Origin: Takakia lepidozioides
Taxonomy: Eukaryota > Plantae > Bryophyta
Direction of reading: 5' to 3'
DNA: 64,000 nt
Assembly: GCA_030704615.1 (NCBI GenBank)
Contig: CM060732.1
Coordinates: forward strand, 23,312,001 to 23,376,000
Positions 27,301-41,230 of this stretch are shown here, piece by piece. A program made the translations under genes and the position numbers. The first letter of the stretch is position 1; every line of letters begins with the position of its first letter. The notes beneath the pieces are model-generated. The model was given only the letters and a program-made list of their open reading frames with translations, was not told the DNA's origin and searched no databases.

Positions 27301-28627
27301 CAATAGTTTTATTTTAGGCTCTGGTTTAATTTCCTCTCTCATGTTTTCTTCCATTTTGTCCTATAATCTCTATGAGCTTTCCGCGGACATTATAAAGCAC
27401 CATTTCATTTCATTTCTCACCCGTTTCACACTACCAGAGGCCATTTCCCTCTTGAAACAAACCCTGACTACCTACAGGAGCAAGAAAAGGGGTCAATCAG
27501 GAGGATTTGTTTGCCCTGATTCTAGTCTGTGTCAATGATGCCAAGTTGCACATGGAAGCTCCCTCCATATATCCAAGGGGCGAGGACACTGCCACACTAT
27601 ACAGGTGGTTCTGAGTCGACTTTGAAGTATGTCCCTGTATCTATGTATAAAAGAATGCCAGTTCATAAGTTCATCCCTACTGCTGTAGGAGGATGAAGAG
27701 ATTTGCAGTGCCATCTGATGCATCCAGGGCTAAGCCTGGTTGAACTGCAAACTGAAACTGCAAACTTTCAATATGGGTGCAGGATTGCAGCTTGGGTATA
27801 CTACTGTCTTTGGGTGGTATGCTACCTTTCTTTACCTTCGTACAGGTAAATCTGTTCCCATGCTACAATTAATAGGTTAAATAGATGTGAAATAGACTCG
27901 AGATAGCACAGCTGCTTTGTATTGTTGACACCTGTTGTTGACTGCCTAATCTTTCAATTGTTTAATCTTGGAATTCCTATTTGGAATGTGTAAATGTTGT
28001 GATAGATGGTTTGAGCATGGGTATATTGGCCTGACAAGGCATGGGAATGGAGGGTTTCACATGTAGGCCATCTGCTAGCACCATTAGTTGCTCATATATT
28101 CTGCAATGTGATGGGTTTGCCTGCTGTTGGCAATGCCCTCAGGTCTCCCCATCATTCAGGTATTTTCCCTCTCTTCCCTCTTTCTTCCACACACAGTATG
28201 ACTAGCAAAGTTGTTGCGCTTTTCTCACCACATCTCTGATGGTAAGGTCCGAGTAGCAGTGGACAAACAAATATCTTAAAATTATAGGGTAATGTCCATA
28301 TCAACCTTAACAGTTGGTTAGTCTCCCTTGAGGAGGATGCCTTACATTTGGCTTGATACATCTGCCTTGTAGTGGTGACTAGTGTGTACAGCTAGTCAGG
28401 AGGTTTGCACATTTTAAGTCATAGCTGTCTAGGCTTACATTTGTCCTGAATGTTTAAATCACAATTTGATTCATTTGTGATGGTGTGCAGTGGTGGCACT
28501 TTCTTTTGCCACAGGCTTGGGGGGTTTTGTGTTACTGTTGGGACCTGCATCATCACCAATGTGGTACAATGTCCAGACCTCCAATGACAAGTGTAGTTGT
28601 TGGCTGGGCCACTGCAAGTGGCTATAG
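24302..28627 (+). CDS. RCE1: CAAX prenyl protease 2 (RCE1/FACE-2), 8 exons, 318 aa
   Basis: Exons 24302-24514, 25159-25227, 26093-26290, 26697-26808, 27195-27266, 27783-27845, 28067-28159, 28491-28627 (957 nt, open). Motifs [58 protein letters not shown] and plant-type C-terminus [10 protein letters not shown]. Confidence 0.93.
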
Positions 28628-31600
28628 TCAGCCTCTGCAAAATATTTACACACGCAGTTTATAGCCACAACCTAACTTCAAAATGCAACATAAGGAGTTA
28701 GTTAGCAGTAATTGCTACAGCTCCAGTCTCTTGAATGTTCACCTGTCTACTTTCCCAACTAGAAAGGTAGTTGTTTCAAAACTTGTTTAGGGAGGGAAGG
28801 TATTTGAGCAGGTGCAAGAGTAAAGGAAGATTATTTATACGAATTTGTTATGGTGGGTAGTAACTATCTTTTTCCTCAACTTCCCTTCCAACTTTATCCA
28901 CGTTTTTACAGTCAACTGGGCTGTTTTTACAGTCAACTGACCTTGATTTTACATGAAGAGTAGTTTTGAAAGTTTCAACCAGGATAAAAGCCATAACGAG
29001 ATTTACATAGGTCACATCCACAGGGTTAAACTTGTGTTGGCTTTCACTTTTGTTTTAGTTTTCTACCAGCAGATGTATTGTTTTTGTATGCAACCTCTGT
29101 TAGTGAACAATTATCATTCCACTGAACAGCACAACAATATACCACCGAATGGTAGAAAGTAAGCAGGTTGAGATGGGTTGATGTTAAGTCTTGAAAAATA
29201 ACTGTCTACACAAATAAAAGCATAACATGACTTACATAATTGTCATATGACACACAGGAAAAGAAGATTGTCCAGAATTGCACATACTGAACTGGCTTTG
29301 GAGTCAGTTTTTCACCAGGATTTAATCAAAACAAAGCAAGGGAAACAACCCCTTGCAGAGCCACAAGGTTTACAGGTAGATGGGCAAACCAGTTTGTGAG
29401 CATTTCCGTGGTTCAATGCCCATGTTACATAAGATCTTCAAGGCAGAAGATTGAAAGTGATTTGATGTGCTACGTTCCAATCCGAGGAGCCAGCAAAGTA
29501 ACTTTGCTGCTTACTGATAAGTTAGTAAAGCTAGTTCGATCGATGATCGATCCGTGCACCCGAAGAGCTTGGGAGTTCTGCAATGCATGGCATCGTTACC
29601 CTTTCTCGCTACTTCATACAATGATCTCTGAAAGCTGAGCGCAGTTTCTTTCCAATACCCACGTCCTTCATGAAAAGAAACATGTTTCATCGAGTTAGTG
29701 GAACCAAAGATTCTGTAGCGATGGATATTGGATTGACTCGTGCAGAAAAATGCGAACAAAGATAAAAACGAGCGACGGAGAGAGCATGAGAGACGATGAT
29801 CGCAACCAGAACAGACCACTTTTTCCAGAGGGAGTGGGAAGTATTACCGACATTTGTTGTTGTCCATACATGGCTACCAACTCCAGCCATTTCCCTGTAT
29901 TCTCTCCCAAGGCTAACTCGCCGGATATGTGGTTTATGGAACAGTGTCTGCGAACAATGGCTGGAAGGGATCACGATCGAAGAAGCCCCTGCATACATAC
30001 TGACTGATGCGGAGTCCGGACACTTGAAAGAGTTAACAGTGCAGTCAGTGATTTGCCGCGCACAGAACTCCCTGCCACCTCCAAGCCAAGACTTCTAGGT
30101 GCAACCAGCTTCTCCTCGTCTATGTAATCCAGAGCTGAAACGAGTCTGATCACGGACGTTGAGAGTGCCCATCACGACCCGTCAACATAACTGCAAATGT
30201 TGACAGATCGTGATGAACATTCCCAACGAGGGCATCAAGATCACACGCTTGCCACCCCAGATTTCCTCCAGCGTTTGCAAGATCCAGGTCTAGCCCGCCC
30301 AAAGCGCCTTCTTCCAACCTCTTGAGTCTAAGCTAATGTTTCAATCGAAGCCCAGCCAAAACCGGGCCATAGTTCTGAGATCCTCAAGTCAGATCTCTCC
30401 CTTACCTGATGGGTGGTCAGACGGCTGCCTAAGTACAGACAATTGAAGCTTGGTTGCGCATTGGTCGTAAGGTCCAGCGTGGGGCAGATGCAACGAGTAC
30501 AAAACTAGAACCTAAAGTACACCGTCAAAGAGACAACAACACGTAGCCCCTCAAGTGAATGCATTCTTCTCCATGTAGGGGACGGGACCCAACTGAACCC
30601 ACCCAAGCCCTGCCTCTCTTGGGCTGCTCGGATCGTAGGAGGCCCAACGGGTGAAAGACTGATACTCGAACAGTGAGAGCAATAGAGCCTCGGACTGGAA
30701 CAGTAGGTGACTGTAGGGTGCTAAACACGTATAAATATCATTTGCACTGAGGCTCCTTGCCCTTATAATATTGATGGCATGCTCGTCGAGCTGGTTGCCC
30801 ACGCCACACCATAACTGTTTGTCGACATGCAGACATTATTATTGTACTTCCGGTGAGAGGGACTGCGCCTAGTCTCGGGTGTGATGACTCTCATCATCCA
30901 CCCCTCCACATTTAAGATACTTACTGCTCCGTGATTAATCTCGCCATGACTAAACATCGAAATTAGGAAAGGTGCAGTGCTCCTGTTTATGGTCTCCCAC
31001 GAGGAAAGGCCAGGTGATGGAGAAGATACGCTTACAATAAAGACAAGGCAAGCCACCCAGGGAGCTGGTCATGGCACACCGCCACTCGCACATCTCTCTT
31101 CAACCCATGTTCTCTGCAAGTGCACTCTGCTTTAATCCTCCCGGCATCACTTCACCCTGCCCCATTAATGCCCGCTCCCCACCATCCTGCCACGCCGCCG
31201 CCTCCTCCCCCATAAGTTAGCCACCCCACCACCCCCCCTTCTCCTTCCCTTCCGCCTTCGTACACCCCCGTACTCTGATGAGCCCCTCCCCTTGTTTATC
31301 ATCATCAACCCACCACCTAATTATCACCTAATCACCTCATCACCTGCCCTGTTGTCTGTTCCCACTTTTGGGAACAGAAAAACCAAGCCTGCCAGCCCTC
31401 CTTTTTTAAGGGGAAAACTGTAAACCTTCCATGGGAGTCAGTCTTTTTTTTCCCTTAAGAAAGGGGATGGAGGCCCTGCACTTTATAACAGAGGGACAAA
31501 GCAATGTATTATATACATTGCTACATAAGCTTTTCTTTCTTTCTTTTGTTTGTGGGTGAGAACTTTTATTATCACCCTGTTTTTGCACCTTGTTACACTT

Positions 31601-34600
31601 GCCAGACTCCACTGTTTTGTTTACAATCTTCAGGCTTGAGTTACATTAAATTGCAAGCTTTTGTGTTTCATGTAAACACACAAGAGAGCTACTCAGACGG
31701 TCGTCTCATAATAAGAATTTTGGAAAGGCAGTACCATATAAGAACAAATGTTGGTTGATGATGGAGGTGACAACTTGCCTGAATTGAACCCAATCATCAC
31801 CATTTTTCTTCTGTAGTATTTTTACTTTTGAATACCCAAAAGATTGGTAAGGCTAGTAGCACAGTGGGTGGAATCTTTTCCTCGGAAATTTTCTGGCCAT
31901 AAAATGTGGCTAGGATGGCTCCATGGAGTGAAATGGCTAAGAAGAAAGGCCGTCTAGACACATAGGGATCTTCTGGGGGACAATACTATATGCACACTCA
32001 TATCCACTCTAGTTTCAAGGTGTCCGTTCTGCGAAACAAACAAGGAAAACCCAATACAGAAAACAAAAACAAAAAAAAAACAATTGAGTATCACAGTTTC
32101 AAGAGAGGATCAAACACGTGCTACTTGTTTTTTTCCTGCTGGTTTGAGTTTCGCCCTTTGGTTTTTTGGCTTGTACTTTGCTTGCGCTTCTTTTTGACAC
32201 ACTTGTTGCAATATATGAATATAATAAATGAATAAGATGTAGGGATGACTCCAAAACACTCATCCTCAGTTGTCTTAACTTTGCAAGCTCTAGCCATGTA
32301 CTTAGTACTTATGCCTCTTTTTAAGACATCCATGATGGGGTGAGCTCATAAGCCCACCGCCCATTCAGGGGTTGGCCAGATTCTAAGAAAAATTTAAGTC
32401 CTTGTTCATCTACCGCGGCGGACCTTAATGGTCATATCCGGCATCTCAATGTTCGAGGATTAATTTCCCAAGCCTAACTGCCTAAGTTGTTTAATTCATT
32501 TTTATGTGGTGGGTCAACCAAAACTGTTTTTTAACAAATTTCTTTTTATGTGAAGCAGTGTGAGAGATGCTTCTGAGAGTGCGGCCACAAATACGCTCAT
32601 ATGTCATGTGTGATGTTGGAGGGGGGTGATTCCACGAATACGACACCGCGCGATTCCTCATAAACAAATGTAGATACTTGATGGGCTAAGAACAAGACAC
32701 ATATTGATTCCATATCGATGGAGGGAAAATAGAAATTACCTGAATAAGACACTGATCTTACTAAACTTGATTCTCTATATAACAAAGAATAAATGAATGG
32801 GTGCATGACCTGATTTGTCACCTTCCATTAGGGACAATGTAGAAACATTTATATTGGTTGTGCAAAAAACAATTTATGGGCGGGTGTGGTCCGGCCAATC
32901 CACCAGATCTTTCTAACTCTACTAAGGTACCCATAAGCCCCATAAATTCTCCCTTGACTTAACCCCTAAGTTATTTTCAATATTTCTTAAATAAGAGAAA
33001 AGCTGGAGCGGTGTCTTGTTTCTCAGCCTTCATGGCTTTTGTAAGGTTATTTTTTCCTTACCCTTAATAAAATTCTCAGGGCCACTGTCCCCTATTCCTC
33101 AAAAGTAGAAAAGAAAAGCAAAAAAGAGAAAAGATTTAAATTATTTTAAGACTTGTAAATGCAGCTGCCTTTGATCCCTCAGCGTGGATTGGGTCTGGGG
33201 CTCAACCCTCTGTGGTTTAGGAGCCTCAGGTCCCCTGTAACTTGTGCCTCATGGCTCAGAAAGGTTGTTCCCTGCACCCATCGTTCAGGGTTCCTTTCCA
33301 AACAAACAAACACATTTCTGGCAGAAAGAAAAAATCAAAAAAAATATTTCTTATTGTTTAAAATGTTCTTATATGCAGTACAACGCTTCGTCGCCCTTTG
33401 GGGGGTGGGCCCTATAAAGAAAACTCTACGGACACCAGGTAATTTTCGAGCTATGTATGTCAAATCCGCAGACTTGCATCATATGCGCGGCAGGTGTGTG
33501 GAATGGAGGACATGCAAATGTAGCCTGCAACGAGGGCTTTACAACTTTTGCCCAAAAACAAAACTCTCTGTACTTTAAAAGTTATGTGCACTACAATCCG
33601 ATGCAGGGACCTATACAGAGCTACATATTGATAGTGAAGTGACACCAGAAAAGTGCACTTATTAGGCTCTCTCTTCCTGGGGGAGGAGTGTTGAGTCTTC
33701 CACTCTCTCTCTCTCTCTCCCGCTAATAAGTATGTAGTTAGTAGTTACATCCACACACCCTGATACATTTATACATTGATACAGTGATAGAGGCCGTTTG
33801 AAATGAAGCAACAAGACAGCCACATTGATGACTGATTATGACTCCATGTTTGTTGGTGTGATGCACCAATCACAACCCCACATTGTATGAACCAAGCAAG
33901 TGACATGTCAGAAAAGAAGCAGAAGGGCTGTAGATTCTGGACTTGTATACTTGCTGTCTGTCCTGCAACAGTCGGAGCAGGCATTTACTGTGGATCTTCT
34001 AAATTTTAGCCCATAATCTGGTGTCTGAACAGCAACACTGGGTCATCAATGTAACTGTAAATTTTGGGCTTGCGAATCCACATCGATCTGCGTGGAAGAT
34101 TACATCACCAGGCCAGCGTTTAATACTCTCGGAACCCAAACCTCCAATTTATTAAAATTGGCTTTCTGTATCAAAATCCCTAAACAATCAACCTCCAATT
34201 TATTTCTCGCTTTGTTGGGGTAATTTAAGTATTAAGAACTCTCCCATCCGAGGTGTGGTAAATGGAATGAACTCTCCCTCCGACAACAGGGAAGGACACA
34301 AACTGCGACTGCGCCGTCGGCGGTGGCTTTGGTGGGCCGGACGGCGACGGCGGACGTGCGTGTCCGGCATGACCCCGGCACGGGTGCGGCATGGCACGGG
34401 TCCCCAGGCCCCGCGCCAGCCTGGGATACGTGGATGAATTTCATTCGCTGGTTTGCTGGTTGGTCGGATGGCGCAGCCTTGCATTATGTCACTATTTCCC
34501 AGTCCATCTGGCATCGACAGGTAGGTCATTCCTCCGATGGATGAACATAGATGAAAACTGGTTCCCATCCCCGTTTTTTCGTTTGAGTTCCTACAGGGTT

Positions 34601-34646
34601 CCCCGTAGGTTATGTGATGGATTACATCCCTTCTAGAGCTGGCAGG

Positions 34647-34880
34647 TTTTATTTTTTATTTTTTATTTTTTTATTTTAAAGGAAACCTGGGAGCGACTGC
34701 TCACAATTCAGGCCCTTGAGGAGGGGGAAAAATTAACCCCCTTTCAGATAAGCCACAGGTGGGAAAAGTCACCACCAGACCAGCCGGTCGCGAACAATCC
34801 ACACACCAGGCAGGGCAGCGGGTTTGAACCCCGAACCACCAGGGCGACACACTGTGCACTTACCAGCTGATGTGCCAGGT
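34647..34880 (-). mobile_element. tRNA-derived SINE-like element
   Basis: Minus strand has an A-box-like TGGCACATCAGCTGG (34877-34863), B box GGTTCAAACCC (34830-34820) and an (A5T)n-type tail at ~34680-34647. No TSD recognised. Confidence 0.55.
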
Positions 34881-35014
34881 TTTGCGAGTCAACCAAGCCG
34901 AGCACATTGCTTTTGCTCCAGGAGAGATCGAACTCCTTACAAAGCTTCCTCCGACGTTGCTCCGAAGCTATGGGACAGCTGCAAGAAGAGAAACCCAAGC
35001 CTTGCGCCCCTCAA

Positions 35015-37585
35015 TCATCATATCACCATAAATTTTAAAAAGAGTCCAGTCAGCACTCCTAACGCCCTAATACAACTCCCAACCGAAAACTATGGAATTG
35101 GCTCTAGCCCATTGATCATCTTGTATGCCCGTACACTAGGCACACAATTAAAAGAAGCATTAAACGACCCTGGTCGCCTTGGTATCATCTACCAAGGACT
35201 CCTCAAATTCTTGGCCCTAAATTACAATGGCCTCTACACGCTATCATCCCTGCACCCACAAGCCTGCTTGCACTCCCCCACTGCACGCACACTACTCATC
35301 CTACACCAAATGAAAATCAGTGTACAAACTGACCTACCGGACTACCCTAATACCTCCTTCCACTGGAACGCACCTGGCTCAGAAGTCCTTATCTGTCGCA
35401 ATTCGAAAATTTCTCATCCAAAACAAAGAATCCTCATCCTCACTTACTTCAAAGAGCGTCACATTACCACCCTCACCCAACTCACCACAGCCACAGGTCG
35501 CCGACTTCTAAGGCCCAGTGAATTCACTACTAAATTCTCGCGTGCTACGACCAAAACCAGTCGTTATTTACAGCACCTCCGCACACTCTTTTGCCATCCA
35601 ACTAAAGCCTGCACCCTTCAATGCGACCTTCCCTGCCCCCACTACCCACATACGGCCCAAGACCTGCTCCCCCAGTACAGATCTGCCCCAACTGCCTCCA
35701 TTTATCAAAAACTCAGAACACCGCCTGTCACTAATACTCCCACATACACCGAACCTGACCCTCCTTCTGAAGCACCCGACACTCCAACCAATATGCCAAA
35801 CATCCCCACCTATCCCCCACTATCCCCCGTAGGGACCCCCCCTACCTCCCCACATAACCCCGTTAACCCTAATGTCTTTGTCATTGAAGCCATACTGGGT
35901 GTCAAAACCCAAACGTCAATAGACGCCTTTGGGGCCACCTGCGTTGACACATATTATCACTGCAAATGGGCTGGCTATTCCTCAGAAGACAACACATGGC
36001 AAAAAGAAGACGATCTTTTTGGCCCTCGTGACGATGTGATCCAGACCACAACCTGGCCCTTCTCACCGCCTTCTACAAATATACTAACACCGCCTACCTT
36101 ACACATATCCACCAGCAACATGCCACCCCCGCCCAACCTATAGACAATAGATACATCCACAAACCGATATCGGCCCCCAACGTTCACATATGTATAACTG
36201 AATGCAACCCAGACAAAGATATCAAACATGTTCCACCATTCATCCACATGGGTCCTCGCCTTTCTAAAGTTTATGCTCAGAATGGTCGCTTCATTGGGCT
36301 TATCCCCAACGATAGGTTAACATGGCTATGGGGCAAATACTCTACTCCAAATTGATACACACAATCACTATAACCACCCAAACATGATTTCGCCACAGAA
36401 CTATACTGGCTAATTGACCGTTATCTCAAAGATACTCCTCCCAAAAAGCCACGATCCTTTTCCAGGCTAGAAATGGCATGTGCCCATCATACTCTACCCC
36501 CAGATATTCTAACCTTACTTGTCAATACATTCCAAATTACTCATTCATATTACTCCAACCCACTTACTTGCCCTATGGAACTACACACATTTGTCAGCCC
36601 ACATCAAAAGGACTGTGTCTTCGGTGTCACTGGTGAAGCCACCCAACATGCCTGGGAGGGCCGGGGTTTTTCCCAACCCCCCCTCCGGGCCCATTGCTCA
36701 CGAAGCTCTTCAATGGGCCCGATTCGCAGCTCATTCATCCCTTATGCTTCAACAATCCTCATCCTCACACAACAAAACACACCTAACACATCTCATCCTC
36801 TTTTACGCCTCCTTGCAGGAATTAACTTACTAACCACTATTGACCCGAATCAGCTCAAGTATGTTCACACCCCTCCTCTCCCCAAATATCTCCAACAGAA
36901 GGAACCCACCCTCACCCTCATTCTACATGTTCAACACCCCCTCCATGCCGACATACCCACACCATTCTTTAATGAGCTAGAACAACTACTAACTATAACA
37001 CATAAAGTAAAAGCCACCATTCATCACCCACCTGCCCCCCCCTCCCACAATCACACCTACCACCTTCCCACAACTCAAAACAAACAAAGCCTGGGTCAGG
37101 CGCTACCGCGCCCACACCAGGCCTCGTTAATTGACCCCCTCCCCTCCATTTCCTCAATATACAGGCAAATCACCACCCTTAAATATCCTCCGGCTAACTC
37201 CCACTACACTGACGGATCCCTTAACAAACCTAATGCAGGATACGACATCTATTATGCAGGCACATGGAAAGGGGTTGCCCACATGTTCCTTGGCCCTGCA
37301 ACCATTCTAAGGGCCGAGCTTATGGCCATCCACGATGCTCTCCTCCTACTTGATACCTCCCCCCCCCCATATTTCATCTTCACGGACAGCCTCACCTCAC
37401 TATTTCTTATCAGAAACCACATTTCCCGCCCCTCCTCCCACCACCACCACCCCGATCGCAATCTCATTGCAACCATTGTCAAAGCTGTCACCTCCATAGG
37501 ACACCCAATCTACCTACTTAAAGTCCGCTCACACACTGGTATCCAGGGGAACGAGGAAGCTAACCTCCTCGCACACATTGGGTAG
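35015..37585 (+). mobile_element. 5'-truncated LINE ORF2: post-RT region, chromodomain, N6-adenine-MTase-like segment, RNase H
   Basis: LPTENYGIG (RT thumb-end GGLG-like). Chromodomain ~35877-36020 (FVIEAILG..YYHCKWAGYSSEDNTWQKEDDL). ~36480-36730 reads SNPLTC..FVS..DCVFG..G..WEGRGFS/NPP. RNase H ~37200-37585 (YTDGS, RAELMAI, IFTDS, KVRSHTGIQGNEEAN). Frameshifts present. Confidence 0.82.
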
Positions 37586-38910
37586 CAGAAAGCAGTCATG
37601 CACCGCTCTTTCATCCAAAGAAGCTGAATATATGGTCATGACTAGTGGCGCAAAAGAGGTTGTGTGGCTGAGGAGATTGTTTGGAGAAATTCAAGCAATC
37701 GACAAACAAGAACCACAAATCATGGTCGACAAGTCCTCATGATGGGAAGTGTGGCTCTGACCAATCTTGATATATATACTCAAGGATAGATGCAGCATTG
37801 ATCCTTAGTTCATTTTCATTCATGCCATTTATGTCGGGCACACTTTATTCCGCGACTCCAGTACATGTCTATTACTAACATGAGGTGTATCTGTGATGAG
37901 TAATTGTCCCTACCCACGCCTTACTATACAGAAAAGTTCCAATTCCTGGTGATCTAGTTCACCAGAAATAGGGGCAGGCATGAATGGTCTACATGGTTGC
38001 AAGTTACCTACAGACCTGTATCATCGCAAATAGTTGAAACAAGGTGTGTCGGCGCCCTTACTTCTCCACTTTTGATAGCTATGTTCAGATGTTCAGATCG
38101 AATAAATGTCATGGTATGAATGACAATGAACTACAGAGCGAGGCTAAATCTATACTTCAGTGCATACGAGAGTTGATCCAAGCCATACTTCTGGTGTTGA
38201 CGCAAGTGGCTGCTATTGCTATAGCTCTAGCATCAATAGTTGGTATGTTTCACTAGATGATTTTGTGTGCAATGTGGTCATATGAAACAAAGTGGAAAAG
38301 CTGATGAGACACTCACTCGTACTTGATAAAGACAACACTCCGTTTCGTGGTCATCACAAGAGATTTGCTATCAAGAATGAAAAGGGTGAATTCGAAGAGC
38401 AGTATTGCACAAGAAGTTTGACCATAATGCAAGACCCAATTTCCTGTTCAATTTTCTTGTGGACCACTATATATATCATGATTTTTAGTGCCCTTGAACA
38501 TTTCAATATTTTTTTCCGATCGGACAATCCAGTATTGTTGCTGACCTCAATCTTGATGAGGCATATGAGCAAAATAATTGAGTTTCACTAAGTTTTGAGG
38601 AGATCCGACGGTGCCATGCTCTGAGTCCCGCTTTCTTCCATTCTTGTTTTCTTTCACCAGTTCTTTGTCGTGTACCTGAGACAAAAATGATATCAAGGAA
38701 GATGGTGGTCTATGGCCACAAGGCTATGGCAAATGATATAACCAAGTAGCGATTAGACATCATTTTGTCAGAGAATGAAAAGTTGCAGATGGTGAATTAG
38801 AAATGAATCATGTTCCATCTTCTGATTAGCTAGTAGACATCTTGACCAAACCCTTGGGTCGCATTGTGTTCGAGAAACTAAGTGACAAGCTAGGTTTGGT
38901 ACATACGATT
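37580..38910 (+). mobile_element. Ty1/copia RNase H remnant split by ~1 kb of unrelated DNA
   Basis: SRKQSCTALSSKEAEYMVMTSGAKEVVWLRRL at ~37585-37720; IRHHFVRE..D*LVDILTKPLGRIVFEKL at ~38750-38900. Confidence 0.8.
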
Positions 38911-39983
38911 GACTACTCGAATTCTGCCAAAACTCGGAGCATACAGTCTATTAAACTATAATTACTTTCTCTTTGTATACTCTCTTGGAATGATGAATAA
39001 CTTCCAAGTTCGAAGGGACGTGTTGAGTACTTCAGGCAAAGAAGATCGATGACGTCTCAAACGGTCGGTTTGTTGACTACTCAAGAATAGCTCCACTGAG
39101 TATGTGAAATAGGATAATTTAGTGGACCACTCCGTCAGTCGCCAGTAGTTAATCATGAAATGAGTTGTGCTTCCCCGCTCTCTTAGACTTAGGATTAGTA
39201 TGTTATGTTGCTTCGAGTTTAATCAAACAGACTTCAGACATCCCAGTTCTCCTTCACGATCCTCTACAATCATATGCCCTTACTGGCGCACCTGGAGAAA
39301 TAGGGGTTTTCGAATTATGTTGACAATATTTTTGCAGTTGATGCGGCAAAGATCGTCAAATTTAATCTCATTTTCGAGATGTGTTGTTGGAAGAACAAGA
39401 TGCTTTTGGTGGGTCCAAGAAACATTGAATATCCTACAAGAGGTTTAGAGTGGCCGGAGAAGAAAAAGACACATATGTGTGATTGAAAAAAAATAAAGAG
39501 ATTGTAAAATGAAAAGCCTAAGCTAGATGATACTTTCTTTTACTATTACGTCACGGTTCAATATGCTTAGTCTACTAGCTTTAACATTGTGTTGTTTCAG
39601 TTGCACTTACTTTATACAATTGTCTTTTTCTAATTGGTGTGGTTGCAGAGAAATTACAATCTAAACTTGAACTTTGATGATAAGTAATATCAAGGATTAT
39701 TGGTCAAAAGAATTTACTTGTATCATCTTCCCAACTAACATGTGTTTTATCATAACAGATCAGGAGTCAATAGTAACAAACAGTTAAACTTATAGTTGAG
39801 TTCTTTCAAAGAGAAAATAAACTAATGCATGGAATATGACATGCAAGCCATGCCTTGTCGATGAAACAACTTGTTGTCTCATGCCATAATGTAACACCTG
39901 AAAAACACTACGACATGACTATAAAATAGAAAGTCTTGTGTTGGATGAAACATGAAACCCCAAACTTGCACCATTGCTAAGCA

Positions 39984-40588
39984 CCGTAGTTGGATAGCTA
40001 GTTGGGCATTTTTCACCTAATCATTATTAGAACAAGTTTATAAATTTGGCATGTTTGACACACACTGTTCATATTAGGCAACTTCATGATATATATTTTT
40101 TGAATTAGGCACACGAAAAGAGAAAAAAATGATTTCTAAAAAAAAAAAAACAAAAAACAAAAACCTGAAGTCTTTGTCCCCTTGCCCATATGCCCATCTC
40201 AACTCTCCTCCCAGCCTGCCCCCACCCCTATCTCTTGTCCCAGTCCTAGCAGATTTCGCCACCAACTTGTTTGTGATGAAATGATGATTTGGTGGACGGA
40301 ACTCCTAGAGTGGATCAATCTGATGGCATTGTCGAGTCATGGGCCTCTTGAAGTTACATGGCCCAACTCTTATCTGTTGAGATTTGTAGGAATAAAGATA
40401 GTTCTGACAATATATGTATGTATTGATATTTGTTCAATGAAAATTTTCTCTTGTTACAAACAATCTAATAAAGGTTTGAAAATTTTTGCTCGAATTTTTG
40501 CTGATCAATTAGGCAAAAATTTGAAAATTTACCTAAACGTATTTGGCACTTTGAATTAATTATTGCCTAACCGGCCAGCCAACTACGG
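39984..40588. mobile_element. MITE-like element with CCGTAGTTGG inverted termini
   Basis: accgtagttggatagctagttgggca at 39983-40008 versus the reverse complement of 40564-40589, accgtagttggctggccggttaggca. Flanks CA/TA fit a decayed TA target (Tc1/mariner-like). Non-coding AT-rich interior. Confidence 0.6.
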
Positions 40589-40759
40589 TAGTTTCAACTG
40601 TCACCACATGCACTAACTACTACATCATGTTTACATTCTTCATCTATATATATGGATTAAATGACACATTTCTCTCTTGGGTCACGAGACTTGCACCATT
40701 CTTTTCGGAGGATTATATATATATATATTCCATATACATATATCTTGATGTGATTGGCT

Positions 40760-41230
40760 TGCCGCTGATAATAGCTAGAGCCTTCTTCTTCCTCCGATCT
40801 TGGTTGGCCTGGAATTCTCTATCCATCGGCATGAGGATTTTATCGGCATTTGGCTCAACTACAACTATGAGTTCATCTTTTTGTAGCAAACTGGATACGC
40901 GGAATTTCCACGTGCTATAATTCGACTGTCCTCCCAGTTTAGAGCTCTCCGACATGCTGCTCTCTCCATGGGCCATATTGACTCAATGCAACTTAGAATA
41001 CTATGCCGGAGAGTCAGCTTCTAAGAGACCCTATCCACCAACTTGCTCTGGTACCATGTAGAGGGCCCAACACTATTTTAACTAATTTTGGACTTTTGTT
41101 TGGTCCAGAAATAATATAAGATATATTAATAAATATAATCTATAATATAAATAAAGAGATATATCTATAATTATTTGACTATTTGTGCACTATCTAACAA
41201 CAAATTATATAATCCTCCACACATTCTACG
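40760..41230 (-). mobile_element. Ty1/copia 5' remnant: LTR end, PBS, gag start
   Basis: Minus strand ..CTCTACA followed by PBS TGGTACCAGAGC (41056-41045, tRNA-Met-like). The ORF from 40976, KLGGQSNYSTWKFRVSSLLQKDEL, is a typical copia gag N-terminus. Outer LTR edge uncertain. Confidence 0.75.

Noticed and set aside
29450-31060. Cluster of short ORFs on both strands
   Set aside because: No coherent frame, splice pattern or family motif recognised.
39906-39915. CACTACGACA as the partner end of the CACTA terminus at 43909
   Set aside because: The flank is aaa rather than tag, and no Gypsy LTR remainder lies next to it.
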